Assembly (NCBI GenBank): GCA_018897195.1
Contig: JAHILH010000005.1
Coordinates: forward strand, 745-64,744
Reading direction: 5' to 3'
Source of the DNA: Patescibacteria group bacterium
GTDB lineage: Bacteria; Patescibacteriota; Patescibacteriia; Patescibacteriales; UBA12075
Length of the DNA: 64,000 nucleotides
Shown here: positions 35,400 through 44,859 of the stretch, in pieces
Layout of the letters: each line of letters opens with the position of its first letter
Position numbering within the stretch: position 1 is the first letter of the stretch
Notes under the pieces: generated by a model
What the model was told of the DNA's origin: nothing
What the model saw: only the letters and a program-made list of their open reading frames with translations
Database searches by the model: none
Position numbers and translations under genes: made by a program

Positions 35400-37553
35400 A
35401 TGCTTACTCTTGATACCAAAATTGAAAACCTTAGCAAGGTTGGCGCAACTACCGCCAAAAGACTTAAAAATATTGGCCTGGAAACAATCCAAGATCTTTT
35501 GTTTTACTTCCCATTTCGTTATGACGATTTTAGTGAGGTCGTTACTATTAAAGATTTGCAACCGAATACGGTCGTTAATATCGTTGGTGAAATTGATTTG
35601 ATTCAAAATAAAAAAAGTCTACGCACCAAGATGAATATTACTGAAGCCTTGGTTAATGACGGGACAGATACGATTAAGGTAATTTGGTTCAATCAACCTT
35701 TTATTGCCAAGACTTTGCATAATGGCGACCGCGTGTCATTGTCTGGCAAAGTAGACGGTGACTTAAATAATCTCACACTCAAATCCCCGAGCTATGAGAA
35801 AATAAATACTCAGCAAACTACGAACACCCAAGGCCTAGTGCCTAACTACCACCTCACCGCCAATATTACCCAGAAACAAATACGCTATTTAATCAAACAA
35901 GCCTTGCCGGCGGTTTATCTTGTTCCCGAGTGGATTCCAATTAATATTATCAAGCGAAACAATTTTATCAGCATTGATGATGCCTTAAAAAATTTACATT
36001 TCCCTAAAACTGAAAAAATGTTAGCAGACGCAAAACGTCGTTTGAGTTTTGATGAATTATTTTTAACCCAATTACAATCACAACTTCTTAAAAAAGAAAT
36101 TACTTTTAATAATGCGCCAGTCATTGAATTTAAAGAGGGGGAAACTAAGGAATTTGTAAAATCACTACCCTTTGAACTAACTGATGCGCAGAAAAAATCC
36201 GCTTGGCAGATCCTTATGGATATGCAAAAAGATAAACCAATGTCACGCTTGCTTGAAGGTGATGTTGGTAGCGGCAAGACAATCACCGCTGTCGTGGCAA
36301 TGTTCAATGTCGCTTTGAATAAATACCAGTCGCTCATTATGGTGCCGACTGAAATTTTGGCTGGACAACATTATAATTCTATTTGCAAAACTTTGAGTAA
36401 TTCCAAGCTGCGCATTGCTCTGTTTACGCGCACCGAGAAGAAAATTAATACAGTCCTGGGTAAGTTGTCTAAGAATAAATTATTGGAAATAATCAAAAAC
36501 GGCGAAGCAGATATTATCATCGGTACCCACGCCTTGATTCAAGAAGATTTCAAGTGTCACAACTTAGGTCTAGCGATTATCGACGAACAACATCGTTTCG
36601 GCGTTGAACAACGCAAAAAATTACTCGCCAAAGCAAACAATAATGCTCCCTCTCCTGGCCAGGAGAGCACCTGTGCTGTGCCTGGCATAAAGGTCGGGGT
36701 GAGGTTGTCACCACAAGCACAATCGCTGTCTCCACATCTACTCTCAATGACAGCAACCCCAATTCCCCGCTCGCTAGCATTGGTTCTATACGGTGAACTC
36801 GATATTTCCATTATCAATGAACTACCAAAAAACCGTAAAAAAATTATCACAAGTCTCGTCTCAGAACAAAATCGCACTGATGCTTATAAATTTATTTACA
36901 AACAAGTCAACGACGGTCGCCAGGTTTTTGTCGTCTGCCCCCTCATTGATCCATCGGATAAAATGGGTGTTAAATCAGTGACCGAAGAATTTAAAAAATT
37001 AAACGAAGTGATATTTCCCGACCTCGAAATCGCGCTCTTGCATGGCAAACTAAAATCTGAAGAAAAAGAGCAAATCATGCAAGATTTTGTCGCCAACAAA
37101 ACCAAAATTCTCGTCTCCACCTCCGTCATTGAAGTCGGTGTCGACGTGCCCAATGCCACCATTATGATGATTGAGGGCGCCGACCGCTTCGGCCTTGCCC
37201 AACTACACCAATTCCGCGGCCGTGTCGGTCGAGGTGCGCACCAATCATATTGCTTCCTATTCAGCGACAGCGACTCGCCAAAGACCAAAGAAAGATTACA
37301 AGCTATGGAGAAGCACCATGACGGTTTTACACTCGCCAAAATCGATCTCAAACAACGCGGTCCTGGTGAAGTATACGGCACTAATCAAAAAGGTTTTCCA
37401 GAATTTAAGATTGCCAATTTATTTGATCACGAATTAATAGAGATTGCCCAGAATGAGGCAGCTAAACTTATAGATGAAAATCCAGAATTAAAAGATTTGC
37501 CAGACTTAAAGGAAAAAATTGAGGACTGGAAAAATAAAATTCATTTGGAATAA
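35400..37553 (+). CDS. recG: ATP-dependent DNA helicase RecG, carrying an in-frame repeat-derived insertion
   Basis: Wedge/OB N-terminus, GDVGSGKT, IIDEQHRFGV, MTATPIPRSL, QLHQFRGRVGRG. About 29 extra residues lie between motif II and TATPIPR. Confidence 0.92.
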   Translation: MLTLDTKIENLSKVGATTAKRLKNIGLETIQDLLFYFPFRYDDFSEVVTIKDLQPNTVVNIVGEIDLIQNKKSLRTKMNITEALVNDGTDTIKVIWFNQPFIAKTLHNGDRVSLSGKVDGDLNNLTLKSPSYEKINTQQTTNTQGLVPNYHLTANITQKQIRYLIKQALPAVYLVPEWIPINIIKRNNFISIDDALKNLHFPKTEKMLADAKRRLSFDELFLTQLQSQLLKKEITFNNAPVIEFKEGETKEFVKSLPFELTDAQKKSAWQILMDMQKDKPMSRLLEGDVGSGKTITAVVAMFNVALNKYQSLIMVPTEILAGQHYNSICKTLSNSKLRIALFTRTEKKINTVLGKLSKNKLLEIIKNGEADIIIGTHALIQEDFKCHNLGLAIIDEQHRFGVEQRKKLLAKANNNAPSPGQESTCAVPGIKVGVRLSPQAQSLSPHLLSMTATPIPRSLALVLYGELDISIINELPKNRKKIITSLVSEQNRTDAYKFIYKQVNDGRQVFVVCPLIDPSDKMGVKSVTEEFKKLNEVIFPDLEIALLHGKLKSEEKEQIMQDFVANKTKILVSTSVIEVGVDVPNATIMMIEGADRFGLAQLHQFRGRVGRGAHQSYCFLFSDSDSPKTKERLQAMEKHHDGFTLAKIDLKQRGPGEVYGTNQKGFPEFKIANLFDHELIEIAQNEAAKLIDENPELKDLPDLKEKIEDWKNKIHLE
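36645..36707 (+). repeat. GC-rich hairpin repeat, module B-like, inside the recG coding sequence
   Basis: gctccctctcctggccaggagag...ggtcggggtgaggttg. Compare the intergenic copy gttccctctccttgccaggagagggtcagggtgaggtag at 37574. Confidence 0.7.
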
Positions 37554-37573
37554 ATAACAAAGAGACCATAACA

Positions 37574-37612
37574 GTTCCCTCTCCTTGCCAGGAGAGGGTC
37601 AGGGTGAGGTAG
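37574..37612 (+). repeat. GC-rich hairpin repeat, module B
   Basis: CCCTCTCC ttgcca GGAGAGGG hairpin plus TCAGGGTGAGGT. An inverted copy is at 43078-43116. Confidence 0.8.
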
Positions 37613-37659
37613 TTTTCTGTGTATAAAACAAAATTATTACATCATACCATCTTCCAACA

Positions 37660-37697
37660 CCCCCTCACCCCGACCCTCTCCCGCTGGGGCGATGGAG
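37660..37697 (+). repeat. GC-rich hairpin repeat, module A (degenerate copy)
   Basis: ccccctcaccccgaccctctcccgctggggcgatggag. Confidence 0.7.
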
Positions 37698-37772
37698 ACA
37701 TAGCACAAACTTCTTGGAATAATAAAAAGAGCAGAATTAAATCTGCTCTTTTTTAAAATCTCAGTTATTATT

Positions 37773-38915
37773 CTATTCTTTCCCCAACTTCTCCTGCAAC
37801 AACTGATACGCTTTTCGCGCTACATCACGATATTGAAAATTATCCATCGTGAATTGACGAGCATTGCGGCCCATTTCTTCGCGCAATTTATCGTCAGTCA
37901 ATAACATTAAAGTATATTTTGCCAACTCATCGATATTAGCACGATAAGCGAAGACTTTTGGCTCATCAAACTTAATCTTGTGATCAACATCAAAACCCAT
38001 GTGTTCCCAGGCCCATTCTTCGGTCAATGTGACTGTCTCGCCGACCTCAGCCAAGAAACCGGTTTTGCCATGAACAACTGTGTCCACTGGTCCACCAACA
38101 TTGATGGAAATAACTGGCTTACCACATGCTTCCGCTTCCATCTGAATCATACCGAAACCTTCCAATCTGGACGGTGCTGCGTAGATATCGCAGGCGGACA
38201 ATAAATATGGAATGAAATCGTGAGAGAAGGCACCGGAAAGATAAACAATTTTATCTCGATCTAGGCCTAATTCCTCGATTAAGGCTTCTTCTTCTTGGCA
38301 ATGCACCTCAGAAGATTCACTCTCCCAGTGTTTAAGCACATATTTCCAGTCCTTAAATTCTTTATCAATTTTAACTAAAGCTCTGAACATTTCTTGTGCG
38401 CCTTTACTTGTTACATCGCCACCGATTGTCAAAATCATCTTCTCGTGTGGTTGTACGCCCAACATCTCACGGATCTTGGCCACTTTTGGATCACCGGCAA
38501 AAGGCTTCACTTCTTCTGGATCAAAACCAATTGGCAAAGTGACAAAATTCTTTGTATCCACGCCGTCACGTTTATAAGTATCAGTCACCCAATTACTAGT
38601 CGTAAAAACCAAAGGCAAATCACTGATAGCCTTGTGATAATTTGCCACCCAGCCATTCGCCACTAACCACGGCACAGGAATTGATCCGTTATTTTGTGGT
38701 GAAAAAATAATATCCTTGGCATAAGTCCAACAACCAATACCGATAGAAACATCAGGTTGATAAGCGTTGAACATCCATTGCTTTTGGAAGCTTGGTGAAT
38801 AATGAGAAGGCATTACATCAACACCATTCTCTTTCATTCCTCTGTATAATAAATTACCCTGGATGCTAAGTCCATCCGGTTCTGGCGGATAAGCATGTAA
38901 AACTGCAACTTTCAT
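37773..38915 (-). CDS. GT-B glycosyltransferase (family 1/4-like)
   Basis: C-terminal EGFGMIQMEAEACGKPVI motif; 380 aa. Confidence 0.8.
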   Translation of the reverse strand: MKVAVLHAYPPEPDGLSIQGNLLYRGMKENGVDVMPSHYSPSFQKQWMFNAYQPDVSIGIGCWTYAKDIIFSPQNNGSIPVPWLVANGWVANYHKAISDLPLVFTTSNWVTDTYKRDGVDTKNFVTLPIGFDPEEVKPFAGDPKVAKIREMLGVQPHEKMILTIGGDVTSKGAQEMFRALVKIDKEFKDWKYVLKHWESESSEVHCQEEEALIEELGLDRDKIVYLSGAFSHDFIPYLLSACDIYAAPSRLEGFGMIQMEAEACGKPVISINVGGPVDTVVHGKTGFLAEVGETVTLTEEWAWEHMGFDVDHKIKFDEPKVFAYRANIDELAKYTLMLLTDDKLREEMGRNARQFTMDNFQYRDVARKAYQLLQEKLGKE

Positions 38916-38991
38916 AGAATTTTTTTTGCTGATAGTTTGTCTTCCCTCCTGTGAATTTACAAATCTATTACAAATTTACGAATAAATATAT

Positions 38992-39603
38992 TTAATTTTT
39001 AACAATAAAGCCTTCTGGATTGGTGCAATAATTAATATCTGGGCCATCCGGCGCAAATCCGTAAATCATGGATACAATATCACGTTTCGCCTGATATTCT
39101 TCATCGGACAATTCAACCACCTTGCCACCTTCCTTGTCTAAAATAATTTCTGAGTAATCTAGCGTCTTGTCCTTCTTTTGATAATTAAAATAAAAAATCT
39201 TTTCTGGCTGTAAAAATCCTTCCTCTAGCAACTTATTTACTGCCCGATGAACTGCAATGTGTCGGCTATGGCCATACTCACCGTTTTCATTATGAGTAAA
39301 GACATATTGAAATTTTTTATTTTTTAATTTCTTGCGCAGTAACTTCTCTGCTTCTTCCGTCGCTTCATCAAGAGTCAACTCGTCAACGTCGTCCAGATCT
39401 GTCATGATACTCTTGGCACCGAGATACTCACACACACGCGCAAACTTTGGTGCGCGGTCCGCATCACTCGCACGACAGAGTGCAAATATGGTCCATCGCA
39501 AAGTCTTGTATCTCGCTATCGTGCCCCCCATCCAAATCGTCTCGTCGTCGGGATGCGCTACAATTACAAGCGCCTTTTTATTTTTTTTCAACAAGTCATT
39601 CAT
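38992..39603 (-). CDS. PIG-L/LmbE-family deacetylase
   Basis: VVAHPDDE motif near the N-terminus, then HRAV. Confidence 0.8.
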   Translation of the reverse strand: MNDLLKKNKKALVIVAHPDDETIWMGGTIARYKTLRWTIFALCRASDADRAPKFARVCEYLGAKSIMTDLDDVDELTLDEATEEAEKLLRKKLKNKKFQYVFTHNENGEYGHSRHIAVHRAVNKLLEEGFLQPEKIFYFNYQKKDKTLDYSEIILDKEGGKVVELSDEEYQAKRDIVSMIYGFAPDGPDINYCTNPEGFIVKN

Positions 39604-39693
39604 ACTCTATATATTCTACCAAAAAACAAATAATAATTCAAATCATCTGTCCACACACAATGCGACACGCGCGCAAAGTCGTAAAGAAATCGT

Positions 39694-42228
39694 CTACCGT
39701 TTCTTGATAATTATTTTTGTCAGAAAAATTGCCAACAAGTACCCGACTAGCACGCCACCCAAAAGTATTATCCATTCATAGATCCCAAGACTGGTAACGT
39801 GAAAAAATGAATTTAGCGGTGTATATAAAATCATCAATTGCAGTAATACAGAAAAAGTTAAAGCGCTCAACAGCCACGGATTAGACATCCAACTTAAACC
39901 CTCAAAGCGCCTAATACTTGCGATTCTCACGAATTCATGCAGAATAAAGCCAGTAAACAAGGCAGCCCTGGCCACATTTTCGCCATGTGGCAAAATTAAC
40001 ACAAAGGTCGCCAACAAAATAATTGTTTTCATTATCCCAATTGAAACAATCATCAAACTCAATTGTTTATTTATAATTGGTTCGCCATTTTTACGAGGCT
40101 TCTTACGCATCACCGCCGGTCCGGCCGGATCAACGCCAAGCGCCAGAGCCGGCAAGCCATCAGTAAGAAGATTGATCCACAAAATCTGCACTGGAAACAA
40201 AATCGGCTCCTCTAAGGTAAACAAAAGTGTCGATAAAAAAATCACCGAGATTTCAGCAAAGTTGGAAACTAATAAATAATTTATAAACTTTCGAATGTTG
40301 TCAAAAATTCTTCTACCCTCACGCACCGCCACAACAATTGTTGAAAAATTATCATCTAACAAGATGATGTCACTCGACTCTTTGGCTACTGCCGAACCTT
40401 TAACACCCATAGCAATACCAACGTCAGCTTTTTTTAAAGCCAAGGAGTCGTTCACGCCGTCACCAGTCATGGCAACACGATATTTTTTTTGCAAAATATC
40501 TAATATTTTTAGCTTATGAAAAGGAGTTGTGCGTGCAAAAACATTAACACCATCGCTAAGTTTTTTTTCCAATGCCCCTGTAGTCATTTTTTCGATCTCC
40601 CAACCTTCGACAACACCCGCACTGTCCAATCCAATCAAATCCGCTACAGCTTTAGCTGTTGTTGCATTATCGCCAGTAATCATAATCACGCGAATGCCCG
40701 CCGTCTTGCAATCACTGATAACTTGCGCTGTCTCCGGGTGAGGCGGATCAGCCATGGCCTGCAAGCCTATCCAAATCAAATCATTTTCATCACTGGTTAT
40801 ATTCTCCAAGTCTTTATAAGCGAACCCCAAGACACGCAAGGCACTCGTTGAAAAAACTTTATTTTGTGCCAAGATATTCTCATGATCTTGTTCATTAATT
40901 TTTTCAACCTTACCGTTAAGCATAATGCGATTGCATTTTGCTAACAGTATTTCTGGCGCCCCCTTGGAGTACATCTTTAAACCATCCGCAACATCCTGAA
41001 CAATCACGCTCATCATTTTTCGCTCAGAACTAAAAGACGCTTCATCAAGTCTTTTGTATTTTTTTTCAATCTCATCTTTTAAAAAACCAAAGCGTTCACC
41101 AATCTTCATTAAGCCAATCTCTGTCTGTTCACCAAGATATTTTTTCTTCCCCTCAGGATGGCCTTCCACTTTTACATTATTACAAATAACACCGCACTCC
41201 AACAAAGGGGCTGTTTCTATTTTTTCATTCTCATCCAACTCCACCGCATCAACGCCAAAAACTTTATTGTTTAAATACAAAAAACTGACCGACATTTCAT
41301 TCTTGGTTATTGTGCCAGTTTTATCTGAACAGATAATATCAATCGCTCCAATTGACTCAACCACACTCAACTTTCTAATGAGGGCATTATTTTTATACAT
41401 TGAATTGGCGCCCACGGCCAAAGCGAGCACGACGACTGCTGGCAATCCCTCTGGAATCGCGGCGACTGCCAAAGAGATTGCCGTTAGCAAAGAAGTATAT
41501 AAATCATATTTTAAATAGGTAAAAATAAAAACAATAACAGTAATTGCCCCAGATGCCCAAAATATTTTTTTACTAAAATTCTCAATCTCTTCTTCAAATA
41601 AACTTTTACGCTCCTCAATTGATTGCAAGGCGTTCGCAATCTGACCGATTTTTGTTTGCATGCCTATTTTCAAAATCTCAATTTTGGCATTTCCCACATG
41701 AATCGAGGTGTCCATGAATATTTCCTCATTATTTTTTCTCTCTACTACTTCAGATTCACCCGTCAGTATCGATTCATCAATCTTTAAATTGTACGACTCC
41801 AAGATAAGCGCGTCGGCTGGCACAATATCACCCGCCTCTAACAAAACAATGTCACCAACCACCAAGTTGATAACTGATACTTCCGCAACATGTCCGTCAC
41901 GAACAACCTGAACATTTGGAATAGAGTAATACTGCAAAGCCTCAATTGACCTTTCAGCCTTATATTCCTGAAAAAAACCGGATAGACCGGTTATTAAAAC
42001 TATTATTAAAATTAAGACCGTATCAAAGAGATTGGAAGTTTGTCCAGGTAGATAACCAATAAAAAAAGAAATGGAGGCCGCCAAGACAAGAAGAATGATT
42101 AATGGCGATGTAAATTGTGATAAAAAAATTTTCCACGTGTTTGCCTTCTTTGTCCGCTTAATTTCATTTTTACCAAATTGTTTTTGCTTTTCCAAAACCG
42201 CCTCAGTGCTTAATCCTTGTGTAATCAT
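39694..42228 (-). CDS. P-type cation-transporting ATPase (type II, Ca2+-ATPase-like)
   Basis: TGES, IPEGLP, CSDKTGTIT, MITGDN, GDGVNDSLALKKADVG. Confidence 0.9.
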   Translation of the reverse strand: MITQGLSTEAVLEKQKQFGKNEIKRTKKANTWKIFLSQFTSPLIILLVLAASISFFIGYLPGQTSNLFDTVLILIIVLITGLSGFFQEYKAERSIEALQYYSIPNVQVVRDGHVAEVSVINLVVGDIVLLEAGDIVPADALILESYNLKIDESILTGESEVVERKNNEEIFMDTSIHVGNAKIEILKIGMQTKIGQIANALQSIEERKSLFEEEIENFSKKIFWASGAITVIVFIFTYLKYDLYTSLLTAISLAVAAIPEGLPAVVVLALAVGANSMYKNNALIRKLSVVESIGAIDIICSDKTGTITKNEMSVSFLYLNNKVFGVDAVELDENEKIETAPLLECGVICNNVKVEGHPEGKKKYLGEQTEIGLMKIGERFGFLKDEIEKKYKRLDEASFSSERKMMSVIVQDVADGLKMYSKGAPEILLAKCNRIMLNGKVEKINEQDHENILAQNKVFSTSALRVLGFAYKDLENITSDENDLIWIGLQAMADPPHPETAQVISDCKTAGIRVIMITGDNATTAKAVADLIGLDSAGVVEGWEIEKMTTGALEKKLSDGVNVFARTTPFHKLKILDILQKKYRVAMTGDGVNDSLALKKADVGIAMGVKGSAVAKESSDIILLDDNFSTIVVAVREGRRIFDNIRKFINYLLVSNFAEISVIFLSTLLFTLEEPILFPVQILWINLLTDGLPALALGVDPAGPAVMRKKPRKNGEPIINKQLSLMIVSIGIMKTIILLATFVLILPHGENVARAALFTGFILHEFVRIASIRRFEGLSWMSNPWLLSALTFSVLLQLMILYTPLNSFFHVTSLGIYEWIILLGGVLVGYLLAIFLTKIIIKKR

Positions 42229-42255
42229 GTAAAATTATCAATTAATAATAAATAT

Positions 42256-43011
42256 TTATGCTAAAGAAAAAAATAAAATACCGCTAGCCACGGCAACGTT
42301 CAACGATTCCATATCTGGAGAAATATTTATTTTAACAAACTCATCAGTCAACACCTGGATAGACGAACTAACTCCATGAGCTTCACTGCCAAGCACTAAA
42401 CAATACTTATTGTAGGCCTTAAAATCGCGTACATCCCGAGCGTCTTCCATTCTAGTTGAGATTATCGGCATCCTCGGTTTTATTTTTTTCAAAATTTCTA
42501 AGTCTTTATCAATATCAATATTCAATTTAAAAATCGCATCCTTGGATGCTTGGATAGTTTTAGGATTATAAAGATCAACGCAATGCTCATCTAAGACAAC
42601 ATTTTTAAAACCAAAGGCTAAGGCTGAACGCAAGATTGTGCCTAAATTACCCGGGTCGCTGATATTATTCAAATAGACAATTTTATCACTAAAATCGAGG
42701 TCGCGCTTTTTTATTTTATACACTGCACAAATACCAGACGGCGTCTCTAGACTAGAAAAAGCTTTATTTATTTGCTCATTGATCACAAAATAATCACCTG
42801 CTCGTTTTAAAATGTCAGGTAATCTTTCCGACTCGCTTTTCAAAAAAGTTTCAGTCACAAATAAAGACTCGAAAACAATCCCCGACTTCAAAGCATCGCT
42901 AATAATTTTCAAATTCTCCACTACAAACTCCCCCGCTTCTTCGCGATGTTTTTTTTGATTAAGTTTTTTCAAGTGCTTAATTTTTTCGTTGTCTTTGCTT
43001 ATAATTTTCAT
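42256..43011 (-). CDS. SpoU/TrmH-family RNA 2'-O-methyltransferase
   Basis: DPGNLGTILRSA, LVLGSEAHGVS, NVAVASGILFF. Confidence 0.8.
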   Translation of the reverse strand: MKIISKDNEKIKHLKKLNQKKHREEAGEFVVENLKIISDALKSGIVFESLFVTETFLKSESERLPDILKRAGDYFVINEQINKAFSSLETPSGICAVYKIKKRDLDFSDKIVYLNNISDPGNLGTILRSALAFGFKNVVLDEHCVDLYNPKTIQASKDAIFKLNIDIDKDLEILKKIKPRMPIISTRMEDARDVRDFKAYNKYCLVLGSEAHGVSSSIQVLTDEFVKINISPDMESLNVAVASGILFFSLA

Positions 43012-43022
43012 ACAATTTTATT

Positions 43023-43062
43023 GACTCCCTCGCCCCGCCGGGAGAGGGTTGGGGTGAGGGAG
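43023..43062 (-). repeat. GC-rich hairpin repeat, module A (inverted orientation)
   Basis: gactccctcgccccgccgggagagggttggggtgagggag is the reverse complement of the 8391 copy, apart from one or two bases. Confidence 0.8.
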
Positions 43063-43077
43063 CCGTCACCGAAAATC

Positions 43078-43116
43078 TACCTCACCCTGCCCCTCTCCTA
43101 TCCAGGAGAGGGAACT
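43078..43116 (-). repeat. GC-rich hairpin repeat, module B (inverted orientation)
   Basis: ctacctcaccctgcccctctcctatccaggagagggaac, the reverse complement of the 37574 copy with a few changes. Confidence 0.8.
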
Positions 43117-43137
43117 ATATTGCTAATTTTTAATTAT

Positions 43138-43692
43138 CTAAAATAAAATTTTCTTAAGCTCTCCTCGTCTCTCATTATAGTCCGGCAAAATACTACCAAC
43201 TAAATCCCAAAATTTTTTCGAATGGTTCATCTCGCGCAAATGGCAAAGCTCGTGCACCACAACGTAATCCGCTAAATCCTTTTCTAAAAAAAGTAATTTA
43301 TAATTAAAATTCAAATTCCGCTTCGAGCTACAACTCCCCCACACCTTTTTTTGATTCTTGATAAAAACTTTTTCATAGGGCAATTTCAATAAACCATTGT
43401 AGTGGGTCAATCTCTCAGTAATAAACCCTCGCGCCTGCTCTTTGTAATCCTGATACTTCTTGTCCTTAAAAAGATTGGCAAACGGATTATTCTTCGCCTT
43501 CTCAATAACCCCCACCACCCACTCGGAATTCTTTAAAAGAAATCCCTCAGCCAGCCAGCGATTGGCAAACCAGGGCACCGTCACGGTCAAACCCGAAGAC
43601 TGACAATAGGAAATCCTCATCCGCCTTGAGCGCTTATTTTTTTTATACAGATAATCAACCAACTGGCCGTTTATTTTAAGTTGTTTTTTCAT
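43138..43692 (-). CDS. YgjP-like (DUF45/M48-related) metallohydrolase
   Basis: HELCHLREMNHSKKFW HExxH motif. Confidence 0.8.
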   Translation of the reverse strand: MKKQLKINGQLVDYLYKKNKRSRRMRISYCQSSGLTVTVPWFANRWLAEGFLLKNSEWVVGVIEKAKNNPFANLFKDKKYQDYKEQARGFITERLTHYNGLLKLPYEKVFIKNQKKVWGSCSSKRNLNFNYKLLFLEKDLADYVVVHELCHLREMNHSKKFWDLVGSILPDYNERRGELKKILF

Positions 43693-44801
43693 CTCAATTT
43701 AAATATAGGAATTTCTGAGTCAGCACTTGTGCGCATTGGTGCGCCCCAAGTACCAGCACCACTTGAAGTGTAAACCTGTAAATCACCAAAAGTATTTAAA
43801 CCATGATCAAAACCTTTAAAAATAAAATCCGTAATCAAGCCAAAGGGAAACAATTGACCACGATGCGTATGTCCTGCCAAGAGCAAGTCGATGCCAGCAT
43901 CAGCAAATTCATTAATCTTATCTGGAACATGGTGCAAGAGAATAGTCGGCTTAGCGCTCGAATAGTTTTGCCAAGTATGAATCTGATCTTGGTAGCTCAT
44001 GCCACCCAACTGAAAAGCATAATTAATCCCTGCTAACTGCACACCATTCAAATCCACAAACCCATTGGACAAAAGATTGATGCCCACTTTTTTCAAGTCT
44101 GTATCAAGTTTTTCTTCGCCGGCATAAAAATCATGATTACCAGTAGTAAAATAAACTCCCATGGGCGCCTTAAGTCGTCCGATATGGCTAATCAATTGGT
44201 CCATGTTGCCGTCCGTACCATCAAATAAATCACCGGTAATCACAATCAGGTCTGGCTTTTCCTGATTAACTAAATCCAATAATCGTTGCACCGACTTCAC
44301 ACCATAGACTTGTCCAAAATGCGTGTCAGAAACCTGCATCACCCGCTTGCCCTGCCACGTCGCTGGCAAGTCCTTGAGGATAACATCAAAATTTTTCACC
44401 TTTACATCCGAGGCATGATATACTCCCCAGGAAGAAAACAAGAAAAAGAAGGCAAAAATAACAATACTAATTATTCTAAAATCAGCCCGACATTTTATCA
44501 AGCGATGCGGCCCTCTCAATACCCACAAAACAACCGAAGCCAAGAGAAAATTGACCAAATAGCCTAACCATAGAGAAGAAGCAATATAAAATAAACGAAT
44601 CAACCAACTACTATCTACCCGCGCTAAAAAAGACGCCAAAATAAAACTAAAAGAAACGGCGATACCTACATAAAAAAGAATCTTAATGCCCCGTCGCTTT
44701 TCAATCGCAAAAAATCTAATTACGGAAAAATAAACAAACCAGTGCGTTCCTAGGATCACGGTCAAAACTACTGTTAGAAATAAAAAATAAGCTAGAAACA
44801 T
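43689..44801 (-). CDS. membrane-anchored calcineurin-like metallophosphoesterase
   Basis: N-terminal TM helices, then SDTHFG, TGDLFDG, GNHD, GHTHRGQ. Confidence 0.8.
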   Translation of the reverse strand: MFLAYFLFLTVVLTVILGTHWFVYFSVIRFFAIEKRRGIKILFYVGIAVSFSFILASFLARVDSSWLIRLFYIASSLWLGYLVNFLLASVVLWVLRGPHRLIKCRADFRIISIVIFAFFFLFSSWGVYHASDVKVKNFDVILKDLPATWQGKRVMQVSDTHFGQVYGVKSVQRLLDLVNQEKPDLIVITGDLFDGTDGNMDQLISHIGRLKAPMGVYFTTGNHDFYAGEEKLDTDLKKVGINLLSNGFVDLNGVQLAGINYAFQLGGMSYQDQIHTWQNYSSAKPTILLHHVPDKINEFADAGIDLLLAGHTHRGQLFPFGLITDFIFKGFDHGLNTFGDLQVYTSSGAGTWGAPMRTSADSEIPIFKLR

Positions 44802-44859
44802 TTACTATAATAAAGATTAATAATACTTATTATACCAAATATCGAGAAAAATATCCAAT

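Noticed and set aside
36557-36877. Antisense ORFs (106 aa and 67 aa) inside recG.
   Set aside because: They are created by the GC-rich repeat insertion. There is no start context and they lie inside a well-supported gene.
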